A stretch of 63,959 bases of DNA, filler included, from Licmophora abbreviata (Eukaryota): the NCBI GenBank assembly GCA_900291995.1. It is 18 parts of 18 records of this genome, joined end to end, with 100 filler letters (N's around TTAATTAATTAA, not from the genome) between each part and the next. Parts side by side here need not be neighbours in the genome. Positions count along the whole stretch, not along the records: positions 8,440 to 17,321 come from OLMU01004710.1; positions 17,422 to 24,089 come from OLMU01004711.1; 16 more parts are not named here. The stretch is one strand, 5' to 3'. Below, piece by piece: positions 9,950 through 21,152 of this stretch. The notes beneath the pieces are model-generated. The model saw nothing but the letters and a program-made list of their open reading frames with translations. It was not told the origin of the DNA and did not search any database. The position numbers and the translations under genes were made by a program. Each line of letters starts with the position of its first letter. Within the stretch, counting starts at the first letter, position 1.

Positions 9950-11866
9950 ATGCGCCTGTCTTCGATCTTCACCATAGTCGGCACGTTTCTGGCAGCAGCC
10001 GTGTTTTGCGTGCTGATGGCCAGTTTTGCCGTGCGCATCATCGAGGACAATTCACGTTTGTCCGTAAGGAACACGCTGGAGCAAAACGGCCTGTCCTGGG
10101 CCGAGGTGGACGCGGACGGGTTGCAGGTCTTTCTGGCCGGCACCGCCCCGTCCGAAGCCTCTCGGTTCAAGGCGCTTTCGGTCGCGGGTACGGTTGTGGA
10201 TGCGGCACGCGTCATAGATCAGATGCTGGTCGAGGACGCAAAGATCATGACGCCGCCACGCTTTTCGATCGAGATTCTGCGCAATGACAGCGGTCTTTCC
10301 CTGATCGGCCTTTTGCCTGCCTCGACGGATCGCGAAGCCTTGATGGCGGCAATCGCCAAGGCCACGGACGGCGCGCCGGCAAAGGATCTTCTTGAATCCG
10401 CCGATTATCCTGAGCCCGAGACATGGGAGGATGCGCTCGATTTCGCCGTCGACTCGCTCAGCCTGTTGCCGCGCACGAAGATTTCGGTCGATTCAACACG
10501 TGTGGTCGTGAAAGCCATGGTCGACAGTCCTGCCGACAAGCGCAGACTGGAAACCGAACTTGCCCGAGCGGCGCCTGACGACGTGAGGCTGTCGCTGGAC
10601 ATCTCTGCGCCGCGCCCGGTCATAACCCCCTTCAACCTGCGGTTTTTGATCGAGAACGGGGTCGCGAAATTTGATGCTTGTTCCGCCGACACCGAAGAGA
10701 CGCGGACCCGTATTCTCAGGGCGGCTGGACGGGCAGGGCTCGAGACCAAGGCGGATTGCACCATCGGATTGGGCGTGCCCTCGCCGAAATGGGGCGAGGC
10801 CGTTGAGCAGTCGATCACGGCACTTGCGGAACTAGGCGGCGGCAGCCTGACCTTTTCGGATGCGGATATTTCACTTCTGGTGCAGCAGGGCACGCCGCAA
10901 AACGTCTTTGACGATGTGGTGGGCAAGCTTGAAAGCTCGTTGCCCGATGTTTTCGCGCTGCACGCGGTCCTTCTGGAACCCGAGGATAAATCCGACGCGG
11001 CACAGCCCGAATTCGTGGCCACCTTGTCGCCTGAAGGTCTGGTGCAGTTGCGCGGGCGCGTGGGCAGCGAACTGGCGCGCCAGACCCTCGACAGTTTCGC
11101 CAAGGCCCGGTTTTCGTCCCGGTCTGTCCACATGACCGCGCGTGTGGCCGAAGGGTTGCCTCGTGACTGGTCCCTGCGCACGCTGACGGGGCTCGAGGCG
11201 CTGACCTATCTGTCGAACGGGGCGGTCACCGTGACCCCGGACGAGTTGACCGTCACGGGCGATACAGGCCAGGCGGACGCATCCGCGACGATTTCAGGGT
11301 TCCTGGCCGACAAGCTGGGCGAGGGTTCGCAGTTTTCGATCAACGTCACCTACAGAGAAGAGCTGGACCCGATCGCCAGCATCCCGACGCCCGAAGAATG
11401 CGAAGCGAAGATCGCCTCGGTGCAGTCCGGGCGCAAGATCAACTTCGAGCCGGGCTCTTCGACCATCGACGGCAATGGCGCTGCGATCATGGACGACATC
11501 GCCGAGATCTTGCGCGAATGCGGTGACATCCGCATCGAGATCGGCGGTCACACCGACAGTCAGGGCCGCGAAGAGATGAACGAGCGGTTGAGCCAGGAGC
11601 GGGCGCAGGCGGTCCTGAACGAATTGCGTGCGCGCCGGGTGCTGACGTCGTCTTTCACAGCCAAGGGATATGGCGAAAGCCAGCCCATCGCTGACAACGA
11701 CACCGAAGAGGGCCGGGAAGCCAATCGCAGGATCGAATTCCGGCTTTTGCGCCCGCAACCGGTTGAAGAAGTTGCGACGACGCTTGAAAGCCTTGAAGAA
11801 CCGGGCGAAGAAGAAAGCGGAGCGACAAGCGCAGAGCAGGAAGAACCAGCGGATGAACAGAACTGA
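9950..11866 (+). CDS. OmpA-family peptidoglycan-binding protein with N-terminal anchor and BON-like repeats
   Basis: C-terminal IEIGGHTDSQG...NERLSQERAQAV...GYGE...NRRIEF; internally repeated N-terminal modules. Confidence 0.9.
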   Translation: MRLSSIFTIVGTFLAAAVFCVLMASFAVRIIEDNSRLSVRNTLEQNGLSWAEVDADGLQVFLAGTAPSEASRFKALSVAGTVVDAARVIDQMLVEDAKIMTPPRFSIEILRNDSGLSLIGLLPASTDREALMAAIAKATDGAPAKDLLESADYPEPETWEDALDFAVDSLSLLPRTKISVDSTRVVVKAMVDSPADKRRLETELARAAPDDVRLSLDISAPRPVITPFNLRFLIENGVAKFDACSADTEETRTRILRAAGRAGLETKADCTIGLGVPSPKWGEAVEQSITALAELGGGSLTFSDADISLLVQQGTPQNVFDDVVGKLESSLPDVFALHAVLLEPEDKSDAAQPEFVATLSPEGLVQLRGRVGSELARQTLDSFAKARFSSRSVHMTARVAEGLPRDWSLRTLTGLEALTYLSNGAVTVTPDELTVTGDTGQADASATISGFLADKLGEGSQFSINVTYREELDPIASIPTPEECEAKIASVQSGRKINFEPGSSTIDGNGAAIMDDIAEILRECGDIRIEIGGHTDSQGREEMNERLSQERAQAVLNELRARRVLTSSFTAKGYGESQPIADNDTEEGREANRRIEFRLLRPQPVEEVATTLESLEEPGEEESGATSAEQEEPADEQN

Positions 11867-12374
11867 GTTTATCATTGCCACCGCGATCATCCTGTTCGTG
11901 GCTTTCTGTATGGGATGGTTCGCCAATTGGCTGGTGCATCGCTTCATCCGTGTGAACCAGTCCGATGTCGGTGAGCTGGAGCGTCTTGCGCAAGAGTTGC
12001 ACGAAGCCGAGGAAACCCGCGATCAGGCGATCACCTACCTGCAGCAGCGTGAGGCCGAGTTGACCAATCAACTCGCTCAATCCGAGGCCGAACTGGCCGC
12101 GACAATGGATGGTCTGCGAGAAGCCCGCTACGAGGCCGAACAGTTGCGCACGCATCTTGAACGGGTGACCTCGGGCTTACATCGGGACTGCCGCCGTAGA
12201 TCGCTATGCGGACCGGGGCGCTTCGTCCGCATTTTTGCTTCACGTCGGGGAAAGAACGCGCTAAACGCGCTCCATGATCGCAGGCTTCACATATCGCATG
12301 ACCCGACGAGGACGCTGACGCGTCTGACGTTCCCGTTTGCGATCTCTGGTGCTCGGCGCCGTTCTCCTTCCTGA
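11853..12374 (+). CDS. membrane-anchored coiled-coil protein (probable true end near 12179)
   Basis: MNRTEFIIATAIILF TM helix then heptad-rich region; overlaps ompA stop; tail after TTA codon 12177-12179 looks non-coding. Confidence 0.7.
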   Translation: MNRTEFIIATAIILFVAFCMGWFANWLVHRFIRVNQSDVGELERLAQELHEAEETRDQAITYLQQREAELTNQLAQSEAELAATMDGLREARYEAEQLRTHLERVTSGLHRDCRRRSLCGPGRFVRIFASRRGKNALNALHDRRLHISHDPTRTLTRLTFPFAISGARRRSPS

Positions 12375-12435
12375 AACAATTGACTCGCCCGCGCCTCTAA
12401 GGCACTCAAAGGGCTTCTTAATAAAGGATACGCAC

Positions 12436-13620
12436 ATGTTTCCGTCCGTTCTGCCGACATACAACCGGGCACCGCTGACTTTCGTCAAGGGCGAAGGCAG
12501 TTGGCTGGTCGAGGCGGATGGGCGCCGATTTCTGGATATGGGAGCCGGTATCGCGGTGAATGCCCTTGGCCATGCGCATCCGGCGCTGATTGCCGCGCTG
12601 ACCGAGCAGGCTGGCAAATTGTGGCATACCTCGAACCTCTATAATATCCCGCAGCAGCAGGCCTTGGCGGACAAGCTGGTGGATGCGACTTTTGCGGATA
12701 CCGTGTTTTTCACAAACTCCGGGACCGAGTCCTGCGAATTGGCTGTGAAAATGGCCCGCAAGTATTTCTACGAGAAGGATCAGCCCGACCGGATTGGCAT
12801 CGTCGCCTTCGAAGGCGCGTTCCATGGCCGGTCTCATGCCGCGATCGCCGCGGCCGGATCCGAGAAGATGGTCAAGGGGTTCGGGCCTCTTCTGCCCGGG
12901 TTCACTCAGGTCGCTTGGGGCGATCACGACGGGCTTCATGCCGCAATCACCGACACAACCGCCGCGATCCTGATCGAACCGGTTCAGGGTGAGGGCGGCA
13001 TCCGCCCGGTGCCCGATCAGTGCCTCAAGGGGTTGCGCGATCTGTGCGATGAAAAGGGCATCCTGTTGATCTTCGATGAAGTTCAGTGCGGCATGGGCCG
13101 TACCGGCAAGCTTTTTGCGCATGAATGGTCGGGTGTCGAGCCTGACATCATGATGGTCGCCAAGGGGATCGGCGGGGGGTTCCCGCTTGGTGCGGTGCTC
13201 GCCACGCAAGACGCCGCAAGCGGCATGACGGTGGGCACGCATGGATCCACCTATGGTGGCAACCCGCTGGCTTGTGCAGTGGGGGCCAAGGTCATGGATA
13301 TCGTGGCCGAGCCCGACTTCCTGAACGCGGTCAACGTCAAGGCCGGCAAATTGCGCCAGGGTCTCGAAGGGCTGGTTGCCAGTCACCCGGACGTCTTCGA
13401 AGGCGTGCGCGGTGTGGGGCTGATGATCGGGCTGAAATGCAAGGTTGCAAATGTGGATGTGGTCACGGCAGGCTATGACGCCGGGGTCATTACCGTGCCG
13501 GCCGCCGATAATGTCGTCCGGCTTTTGCCGCCCCTCAATCTGAGCGATGAGGAGATTTCCGAGGCGCTGGCCCGCTTGCAGGCGAGCGCCGAGGCGATCG
13601 AAACCGCAATCGCGTCCTGA
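12436..13620 (+). CDS. argD: acetylornithine aminotransferase
   Basis: [40 protein letters not shown] and HGSTYGGNP motifs; precedes argF; AAGGA RBS. Confidence 0.94.
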   Translation: MFPSVLPTYNRAPLTFVKGEGSWLVEADGRRFLDMGAGIAVNALGHAHPALIAALTEQAGKLWHTSNLYNIPQQQALADKLVDATFADTVFFTNSGTESCELAVKMARKYFYEKDQPDRIGIVAFEGAFHGRSHAAIAAAGSEKMVKGFGPLLPGFTQVAWGDHDGLHAAITDTTAAILIEPVQGEGGIRPVPDQCLKGLRDLCDEKGILLIFDEVQCGMGRTGKLFAHEWSGVEPDIMMVAKGIGGGFPLGAVLATQDAASGMTVGTHGSTYGGNPLACAVGAKVMDIVAEPDFLNAVNVKAGKLRQGLEGLVASHPDVFEGVRGVGLMIGLKCKVANVDVVTAGYDAGVITVPAADNVVRLLPPLNLSDEEISEALARLQASAEAIETAIAS

Positions 13621-13718
13621 CCACCGGACGTTTTTCATCATTCCGGGGATCAGGGTTCCACTCCGACTGCAGTCCATGTCGACACTCACGCAGCCTTCCC
13701 CTCAGCCAAGGGCTCAAA

Positions 13719-14645
13719 ATGAAAAATTTTCTCGATATTCACAAAACCGATCCTGAGGCGCTGCGGCACATCATCGACAGTGCGAAAGCGATGAAGGATG
13801 CCCGCAAGGACCGTCCGCGCGGTGCGACTGATGATGAATTGCCTCTGGCCGGGCATATGGTGGCGCTGATCTTCGAAAAGCCCTCAACCCGGACGCGGAC
13901 CAGCTTTGATGTCGGTGTGCGCCAGATGGGTGGTCAGACCATGGTTCTTTCAGGCACCGATATGCAGCTTGGCCATGGTGAAACCATCGCCGATACAGCC
14001 CGCGTGCTGAGCCGTTATGTCGACCTTATCATGATCCGTACATTCGATGAATCCGTCCTTCTGGAGATGGCGGATTATGCGGATGTGCCGGTCATCAACG
14101 GTTTGACCAACCGCACGCATCCCTGCCAGATCATGGCCGATATCATGACGTACGAAGAGCATCGCGGGCCAATCGCAGGCCGCAAGGTGGTCTGGTCTGG
14201 GGATGGCAACAATGTCTGCGCATCGCTTCTGCATGCGGCGGGTCAGTTCGGTTTCGACGTCACCTTCACCGGCCCCGCGCAACTCGATCCCGAAGACGCG
14301 TTCGTCGGCTTCGCCCGTCAGAAAGGCAGCACCATCCAGATCGAGCGCGATCCGGTCAAGGCGGTCAGCGGTGCCGATCTGGTGGTCACCGATACATGGG
14401 TCAGTATGCATGACAGCCAATCTACCAAAGAGCGGCGTCACAACATGCTGCGGCCCTATCAGGTGAACGAAGAGCTGATGACCCATGCCAAGCCCGATGC
14501 CTTGTTCATGCATTGCCTGCCGGCCCATCGCGAGGAAGAGGTCACCAGTCAGGTCATGGACGGACCGCATTCGGTGATCTGGGATGAGGCCGAAAACCGT
14601 CTCCATGCCCAGAAAGCCATCATGCGTTGGTGTCTCGACAGGTGA
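13719..14645 (+). CDS. argF: ornithine carbamoyltransferase
   Basis: [20 protein letters not shown] and FMHCLPAHR motifs. Confidence 0.96.
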   Translation: MKNFLDIHKTDPEALRHIIDSAKAMKDARKDRPRGATDDELPLAGHMVALIFEKPSTRTRTSFDVGVRQMGGQTMVLSGTDMQLGHGETIADTARVLSRYVDLIMIRTFDESVLLEMADYADVPVINGLTNRTHPCQIMADIMTYEEHRGPIAGRKVVWSGDGNNVCASLLHAAGQFGFDVTFTGPAQLDPEDAFVGFARQKGSTIQIERDPVKAVSGADLVVTDTWVSMHDSQSTKERRHNMLRPYQVNEELMTHAKPDALFMHCLPAHREEEVTSQVMDGPHSVIWDEAENRLHAQKAIMRWCLDR

Positions 14646-14703
14646 TCGTCGCGTTCTGCGCGTCCGCCTGGGCACTGAACCCGGACCGGATGCTGTCCTG
14701 CGG

Positions 14704-15162
14704 TTAAAGCCGTAGGAGGATTCTCTTCAACTCCGGCTCTTGCACGGCCTCGGCTGCGTCCAAGGGCCGGAACCATGCCCGTTCGCGTTCATGCGCTTCG
14801 GGAAAGTCACAGGCCATTTCCGTCACATCAAGGCGAAACACCTCTACCTCAACCAGAAGATCGCACCCGTCCTCGGCAGATTTTTCATAGCAGAACTTGC
14901 CCAGACCGGTCTCATGCAGGACGCCGGATTTTACCCCGGCCTCCTCCCAAGCTTCCTTCTGCGCGGACTGTGCGGGCGACATGTCTTTCTCCAGCCAACC
15001 CTTGGGCAGGATCCAGCGGCCGGTATCGCGGCTGGTGATCAACAAAACCTCGGTTCCATCAGGACCTGTCCGGCAGCATAGTGCCGCCGATTGTTCTTCT
15101 TCCGGCAGACGGAAAAACGGCTGGAGGACGCCAGACCACGCTTTTTTCAGACCTTCAATCAT
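14704..15162 (-). CDS. NUDIX hydrolase
   Basis: LITSRDTGRWILPKGW...AQKEAWEEAG Nudix box. Confidence 0.9.
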   Translation of the reverse strand: MIEGLKKAWSGVLQPFFRLPEEEQSAALCCRTGPDGTEVLLITSRDTGRWILPKGWLEKDMSPAQSAQKEAWEEAGVKSGVLHETGLGKFCYEKSAEDGCDLLVEVEVFRLDVTEMACDFPEAHERERAWFRPLDAAEAVQEPELKRILLRL

Positions 15163-15234
15163 GAGAGTACCGTACCTGCTCGATTTTCATTATTTTTATG
15201 AGCTCAATATACGCGTTAAACGTGAAATTACAAT

Positions 15235-17820
15235 TCACGTCGGATTTCGGCGATTGGCGCGCAAGGTGGGGTCTGCCTTGGTGGGGTCTTCGGGCCATGG
15301 ATGTTTGGGGTACCGCCCGCGCATATCCTTGCGCACATCGGCATAGCTGTTTGCCCAGAATCCCGGAATATCCTTCGTGGTCTGCACGGGCCTGCCCGCC
15401 GGCGACAGAAGGGTCACCCGCAACGGAGTGCTGCCGACATGGGGGTGGTTCGTTTGGCCGAACATCTCTTGCAGGCGCAACTGGATCTCAGGGGTATCGC
15501 CGGAATAATCGATCGGTATCTTCCGGCCTAGTGGGGTCGTGAAATGTGCAGGCGCGCCTTGGTCGAGACGCTGCACCTGCTCGAAATCCAGCCGCGCGCG
15601 CAGCGCATCCAGCATGTCGAAGCGTTTCCAATCCTGTGCGGTTCTGACCTCTGCCAGATAGGGCAGCAACCAGTCCTCCAACTGCTCCAGCAGCGCGGTG
15701 TCGGTCATTTCTGGCAAATCCTCGCCTGTGTGGCGCAGCAGTTCGACCCGCGCGGCAAAGCGTCTTGCGGCATCGCTCCAGATCAGCCCAAGATCGCGTA
15801 CCCCGTCGAGCATGGCGCGCGCCATGACATCGGCAGGGGCGGCTTTCCAGACACGGTCATCCAGAACCAGCGCGCCGAAGCGTTCCTGCTGGCGCGCGAT
15901 CACCCGGCGCTCGCGGCGATCCCATACGCACAGGTCGTGCCAGTCGATCTGATCTCCGAAAACCCCTCGGATTTCGGCCTCGGTTATCTGGATCGCCTGC
16001 CGGATGCGCGCCTCTCGGGGGTTGCCGTCCAGATCTGTCGCCACGATCAATCGTGCGGCCGACAGATCATCGCCTTCTGGAAGAACTGCGCCCTTGCCAC
16101 CTGACAGGATGTAGCGCGGTGCATCCCCCTTGCGCCGCATCCCCACCCGGTCCGGATAGGCCAGCGCGGCCATCTCGGCATCGCTGAACGGGGTTTCGGC
16201 AGTCTTGCCGACCTGACGGGTGAGGCGCTTGGCTTCGGTCCGTATCCGTTCCAACACGCCGCGATTGGCAATATGGGGGTGCCGCTGCGCATAGTCGCGC
16301 GGATCGCGCGCCGCCATCAGCCGCAAATGCAGGTCGACCGGCGCCTTGCGTGGCAGGGGGTCACGGTCCGACAAAAGCGCCGCAAGCGTTGCGCCTTGCG
16401 CGCCTGCCAGGGCCATCACACGGGCCAACCTCGGATGCAGCGGAAGTGCGGCAATCACCTTGCCATGCGGTGTGATCCGGTTGCCGTCATCCAGTGCGCC
16501 CAGCATCCGCAAAAGGGCCTGCGCCTCGGCATAGGCGCCCGGATTGGGCGGTGTCAGAAAGGCCAGATCCCACGGCGCGGCGCTCCAGACCGCCAGTTCC
16601 AGCGCAAGTCCCGACAGATCCGCCTCTTCGATCTCGGCCGGGGGATAGGCGGGCAGCGCGCCTTCCTCGCCCTTGGTCCACATCCGGTAGCACAGCCCTT
16701 CGCTCACCCGTCCCGCGCGGCCCGCACGCTGTGTCGCCTCGGCGCGTGTCACCGGGTCCGTCACCAGCCGGGACATGCCGCTGGCGGGATCGAACCGCGC
16801 CCGCCGCGCCCGCCCGCAATCGATCACCACGCGGATATCTTCGATGGTCAGCGAGGTTTCCGCAATGGCCGTCGCCAGCACGATCTTGCGCCCGTCCATA
16901 ACCGGCGCAATCGCGCTGCGTTGCTTGGCAAAGTCCATGGCGCCGAACAAGGGCCGCACGTGGCAGCCCTGCGGCAGACGATCCTCGATCAGCGCCTCGA
17001 CGCGCCGGATCTCGCCCTCGCCTGGCAAAAAAACCAGCACGCCGCCTTGCCTTTCTGTCGCGGCCCGCAGCACCAGCTCGGCGGCCATATCCGCGAAGCG
17101 CCGCTCCTTTGGTGTCGGGCGATCCAGCCAGCGGATCTCGACTGGAAAACTGCGCCCTTCCGAAGTGATCACCGGCACACCGCCCATGAGCTCGGCCACC
17201 GGAGCGGCGTCCAGCGTGGCGGACATCGCCAGCAGGATCAGATCAGGGCGCAGCGCCTCGCGGATCTCGATGCACAGGGCCAGTCCCAGATCGGCATTCA
17301 ACGACCGCTCGTGAAACTCATNNNNNNNNNNNNNNNNNNNNNNNNNNNNNNNNNNNNNNNNNNNNTTAATTAATTAANNNNNNNNNNNNNNNNNNNNNNN
17401 NNNNNNNNNNNNNNNNNNNNNGCATTCAACGACCGCTCGTGAAACTCATCGAAAATGACGGCGCCAACGCCGGAAAGCTCCGGGTCCGATTGCAGCAGTA
17501 CGGGTCAGGATGCCCTCGGTCACGACTTCGATGCGCGTGACGCCTGACAGCTTGGCCTCACCGCGCATACGGTATCCGACCGTTTGACCCGGTGCCTCGC
17601 CCAGGCTCTGTGCCATACGTTCGGCTGCGGCGCGCGCGGCAAGGCGGCGCGGCTCCAACATCAGGATACGCCCTTCGGTCAGGCCCGCCGCCAGCATCTC
17701 GAGCGGCACAATGGTGGTCTTGCCGGCACCGGGCGGAGCCTGCAGCACCGCGCCGCCGTGGTCGCGTAGCGCCGCGATCAGCGGGGCGATGGCGTCATGG
17801 ATGGGCAATTGCGTCGACAT
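15235..17820 (-). CDS. hrpB: ATP-dependent helicase HrpB (spans linker; 1-nt frameshift near 17498)
   Basis: APPGAGKTT, DEFHERS, MSATL, ATAIAETSLTI, QRAGRAGR and C-terminal RYPKHPWPEDP motifs. Confidence 0.93.
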
Positions 17821-17946
17821 GATCCGCCTTATCGACCAAGTCCGATCACTTTTCCATAGCCGCCTCCGTTTGCCCACTCTGGACAATGCGGGTCACGCCA
17901 AGGCATGAAGGCAGGCAGTATGCAAAAGAACGGACCCGCCGCCGCC

Positions 17947-18927
17947 ATGGATATCGAAACTCTCAGCCAGGCGATCACCTCTGGCGACCGTCGCGCCTTG
18001 TCGCGCGCCATCACCCTGATCGAAAGCTCGCGTGCCGATCATCGCGAACAGGCTGTGCAACTGATCGAACATCTGAAAACCGCGAACCGTCAGGCGCTTC
18101 GTATCGGGCTTTCAGGAACGCCCGGCGTGGGCAAATCCACGTTCATCGAAAGTTTCGGCAAGATGCTGACGGGGCAGGGACTGAAAGTGGCGGTGCTTGC
18201 GGTGGATCCATCCAGCGCGCGCTCTGGAGGCTCGATCCTTGGCGACAAGACGCGGATGGAGGAACTCAGCCGCGATCCGAATGCGTTCATCCGCCCCTCT
18301 CCATCGCGCTCGCATCTGGGCGGTGTGGCCCGCCGGACGCGCGAAGCCGTCAGCCTGTGCGAAGCCGCAGGCTTCGACGTGGTCCTGATCGAGACCGTGG
18401 GCGTGGGGCAGTCGGAAACCGTGGTCTCTGAAATGTCGGACGTGTTCGTTCTGCTGCTGGCCCCGGCAGGCGGGGATGAATTGCAGGGCGTCAAGCGCGG
18501 TATCATGGAAATCGCCGACATCATCCTAGTGAACAAGGCCGATGGCGATCTCAAACCGGCGGCGACACGCACCTGCAGCGATTACGCCGGTGCCTTGCGC
18601 CTGCTGCGCAAGCGGCCTCAGGATCCCGAAGGCTTTCCCAAGGCGATGATGGTGTCGGCCATGCAGCAGGAGGGGCTGCAAACCGCATGGACCGAAATGA
18701 CCTCATTGATCGGCTGGCGGCGGGATAACGGATTTTTCGATGCCCGCCGCGAGGATCAGGCGCGCTACTGGTTCGAGCAGGAGGTGCGCAACGGGCTTCT
18801 GGCGCAGCTCGACACGCCACAGGCGCGCGCCATGATGCAGGACTATGCCAGCCGCGTGGCCCAAGGGGCAATCACGCCCACCGTGGCGGCACAGAACCTG
18901 CTGCTCGGCCTGCAGGAACAGACCTAG
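17947..18927 (+). CDS. meaB: methylmalonyl-CoA mutase-associated GTPase
   Basis: GTPGVGKST, AVDPSS...GGSILGDKTRM, IETVGVGQSE and NKAD motifs. Confidence 0.94.
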   Translation: MDIETLSQAITSGDRRALSRAITLIESSRADHREQAVQLIEHLKTANRQALRIGLSGTPGVGKSTFIESFGKMLTGQGLKVAVLAVDPSSARSGGSILGDKTRMEELSRDPNAFIRPSPSRSHLGGVARRTREAVSLCEAAGFDVVLIETVGVGQSETVVSEMSDVFVLLLAPAGGDELQGVKRGIMEIADIILVNKADGDLKPAATRTCSDYAGALRLLRKRPQDPEGFPKAMMVSAMQQEGLQTAWTEMTSLIGWRRDNGFFDARREDQARYWFEQEVRNGLLAQLDTPQARAMMQDYASRVAQGAITPTVAAQNLLLGLQEQT

Positions 18928-19604
18928 CCTTTCGCAAAGGCCACGATACCACCCACCAGACAATCCAGACTGTCGGTCCATGGTGTGCCACCGGGCAGCG
19001 CATCGGTCAGCAGGGACAACTCGGTGCAGGCGACCAACAGATGATCTGCCCCTTCGGCGACAAGCGCATTGGCCTGCTCTGCAAGGCGCGGCGCCAGACC
19101 TTCGGGATCTTCTCCCGCCTTCACGGCGCGGATGATGGCCAGCAACCCGCTGTCATCGGGCAGGGTCACCGGCTCGAGACCTTGCGCCGCAAAGGGCGCT
19201 TCGAACACCCCCGTCAACCGGGTCGCGGGAGATGCAAGCAGACCTACACGCCGTGCCCCTGCTCGGGCCAACTCCGCCGCCGTCAGCTCCAGCATGTCGA
19301 GAAACGGCAGATCGCTCGCCTCTTCGACCGCCTTGGCATAGTGATGCGCGGTGTTGCACGGCATCGCCAGAGCCGCCGCCCCTGCGGCCTCGAGATCGCG
19401 GGCCATCTTGGCAAGGACCGGCCCGGGATCCTCGCCCGTGCCCTCGATCAGCGCCTTGATGCGGCTTGGCACCTGCGGGTTCTGATGCACGATCAGCGGA
19501 ATATGATCCGCATCGTCCTTTGCAGGGATGGCATCCAGCACCTTTTGCATGAGAAGTATGGTTGCCTCTGGCCCCATGCCGCCCAAAATGCCCACGGTTT
19601 TCAT
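18924..19604 (-). CDS. Asp/Glu racemase-family amino acid racemase (cysteate racemase CuyB-like)
   Basis: GILGGMGPEAT, MPCNTAH and VACTELS two-cysteine racemase motifs. Confidence 0.88.
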   Translation of the reverse strand: MKTVGILGGMGPEATILLMQKVLDAIPAKDDADHIPLIVHQNPQVPSRIKALIEGTGEDPGPVLAKMARDLEAAGAAALAMPCNTAHHYAKAVEEASDLPFLDMLELTAAELARAGARRVGLLASPATRLTGVFEAPFAAQGLEPVTLPDDSGLLAIIRAVKAGEDPEGLAPRLAEQANALVAEGADHLLVACTELSLLTDALPGGTPWTDSLDCLVGGIVAFAKG

Positions 19605-19645
19605 GATCCGGCAATCCTTCCTGGCGCGTGTGTTGACGGCGGCTT

Positions 19646-20953
19646 TCAGCCCCCGGCGCGGGCCTGTATCTTGCGGGCTGCGGCGCGCTTGTCCAGCCGA
19701 ATGTCGGCGGACCGGGCATGGCCTTCCATCCGTTCCTCGCGGCTGATACGTGCGCTGACGCGGACAAGATCGGGCAAGGCGCGCGCATCCACCTGTTGCC
19801 AGGTGACGGTCTTGAGAAACTTGTGCACGCTCAGCCCCCCGGTATAGCGCGCCGCGCCCGAGGTGGGCAGCACATGGTTCGGCCCCGCCGCCTTGTCGCC
19901 GAAGGCCACGGTGGTTTCCGCACCAAGAAAGAGCGAGCCATAAGCCCGCAATCTCTCGCGCCACCACGCAAGATCGCGCGCCTGCACATGCAGATGTTCA
20001 GGCGCCTTGTCATCTGCGAAACGCGCCATTTCCTCGCGGTCATTGCACAGCACGATCTCGCCCAGATCGCGCCATGCCGCCTCGGCGGCGCTGCGGTTCG
20101 GCTCGGGAAGGGCGGCGATCACCCCGGGGATGCGGGCAAGAACGCTCTCGGCCAGATCCCTTGATGTGGTGGCCAGCCAGACGGGGCTTGTCGCGCCATG
20201 TTCAGCTTGCCCGATCAGATCGACGGCGACAGTCTCGGGGTCTGCACTGTCATCGGCCAACACAAGGCTGTCGGTGGGACCGGCGAACATGTCGATCCCG
20301 ATAGGGCCGAACAATTGCCGCTTGGCTTCGGCCACAAAGGCGTTCCCCGGGCCTACCAGAATATCCGCAGGCGGCGCACCGAAGAGCCCGAAGGCCATGG
20401 CCGCCACCCCCTGCACCCCCCCGATGCACAGGACGCGCGTGGCCCCAGCCAGATGCATCGCATAAAGCATCGGGGCGGGAATGCCCTCCGCGCCATTCGG
20501 CGGCGAGCAGGCGGTGATATCGGCCACCCCGGCCTCGCGCGCCGTGGCGATGGACATCAGCGCGCTGGCGATATGCGTATACCGTCCGCCCGGCACATAG
20601 CAGCCCGCCGCCGACAGCGGGATCTGACGCTGTCCGGCGATCAGACCGGGGCGCAGCTCGATCTCCATGTCCTGCGCGGTGGCGCGCTGTGCTGCGGCAA
20701 AGCGGCTGATATTGTCATGCGCCCAGGCGATGTCATCCTTCAGATCCTGCGGCACCCGGTCTATCGCCTCGGCAATGCTTGCGGAGGACACAGCGATGCT
20801 TCCCTTCCAGCCATCGAGGGTACGGGCATATTCCAGGGCCACCTGTGCACCTCCTGCGCGCAGGCGCGCCAGCATGATCTGCACGGTATCCACGATATCC
20901 GCGGCGGCTTGGGGCGGCTGTCCGGGCGCTGACTTGATATGATCGAAGGGCAT
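19646..20953 (-). CDS. histidinol dehydrogenase-fold enzyme, HpsN (sulfopropanediol dehydrogenase)-like
   Basis: GCYVPGGRYTHIAS, GPGN.FVAEAKR, AGPTDS, QAEHG, APEHL and FGDKAAGPNHVLPT motifs; AAGGAG RBS; no his genes adjacent. Confidence 0.85.
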   Translation of the reverse strand: MPFDHIKSAPGQPPQAAADIVDTVQIMLARLRAGGAQVALEYARTLDGWKGSIAVSSASIAEAIDRVPQDLKDDIAWAHDNISRFAAAQRATAQDMEIELRPGLIAGQRQIPLSAAGCYVPGGRYTHIASALMSIATAREAGVADITACSPPNGAEGIPAPMLYAMHLAGATRVLCIGGVQGVAAMAFGLFGAPPADILVGPGNAFVAEAKRQLFGPIGIDMFAGPTDSLVLADDSADPETVAVDLIGQAEHGATSPVWLATTSRDLAESVLARIPGVIAALPEPNRSAAEAAWRDLGEIVLCNDREEMARFADDKAPEHLHVQARDLAWWRERLRAYGSLFLGAETTVAFGDKAAGPNHVLPTSGAARYTGGLSVHKFLKTVTWQQVDARALPDLVRVSARISREERMEGHARSADIRLDKRAAARKIQARAGG

Positions 20954-21080
20954 GAACACTCTCCTTGTCGCCTCCTGCATGAAGCGCAAGGTGACATCGC
21001 GGCAAGAGCTTTGCTGTCGGCACGCGCCGGTTTTTCCGCTGGCCGAAACTCGGCTTCGGCAATTCTGAAAAATGGCGCGG

Positions 21081-21152
21081 CTTCTTCTGGCCGGAAATAT
21101 CCCGGGGAGGCGTTGGAAGCCCGCAGGGTTTCAACGACGGGGCAGAGCCCCC
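21081..21152 (+). repeat. REP-like intergenic element with GCA-loop hairpin
   Basis: cttcttctggccggaaatatcccgg head resembles copies at 26975 and 29009; hairpin cgttggaagccc-gca-gggtttcaacg. Confidence 0.55.

Noticed and set aside
19646..20953. Calling the dehydrogenase the housekeeping hisD
   Set aside because: Its signature residues and context fit the HpsN-like branch better. No gene symbol assigned pending phylogeny.
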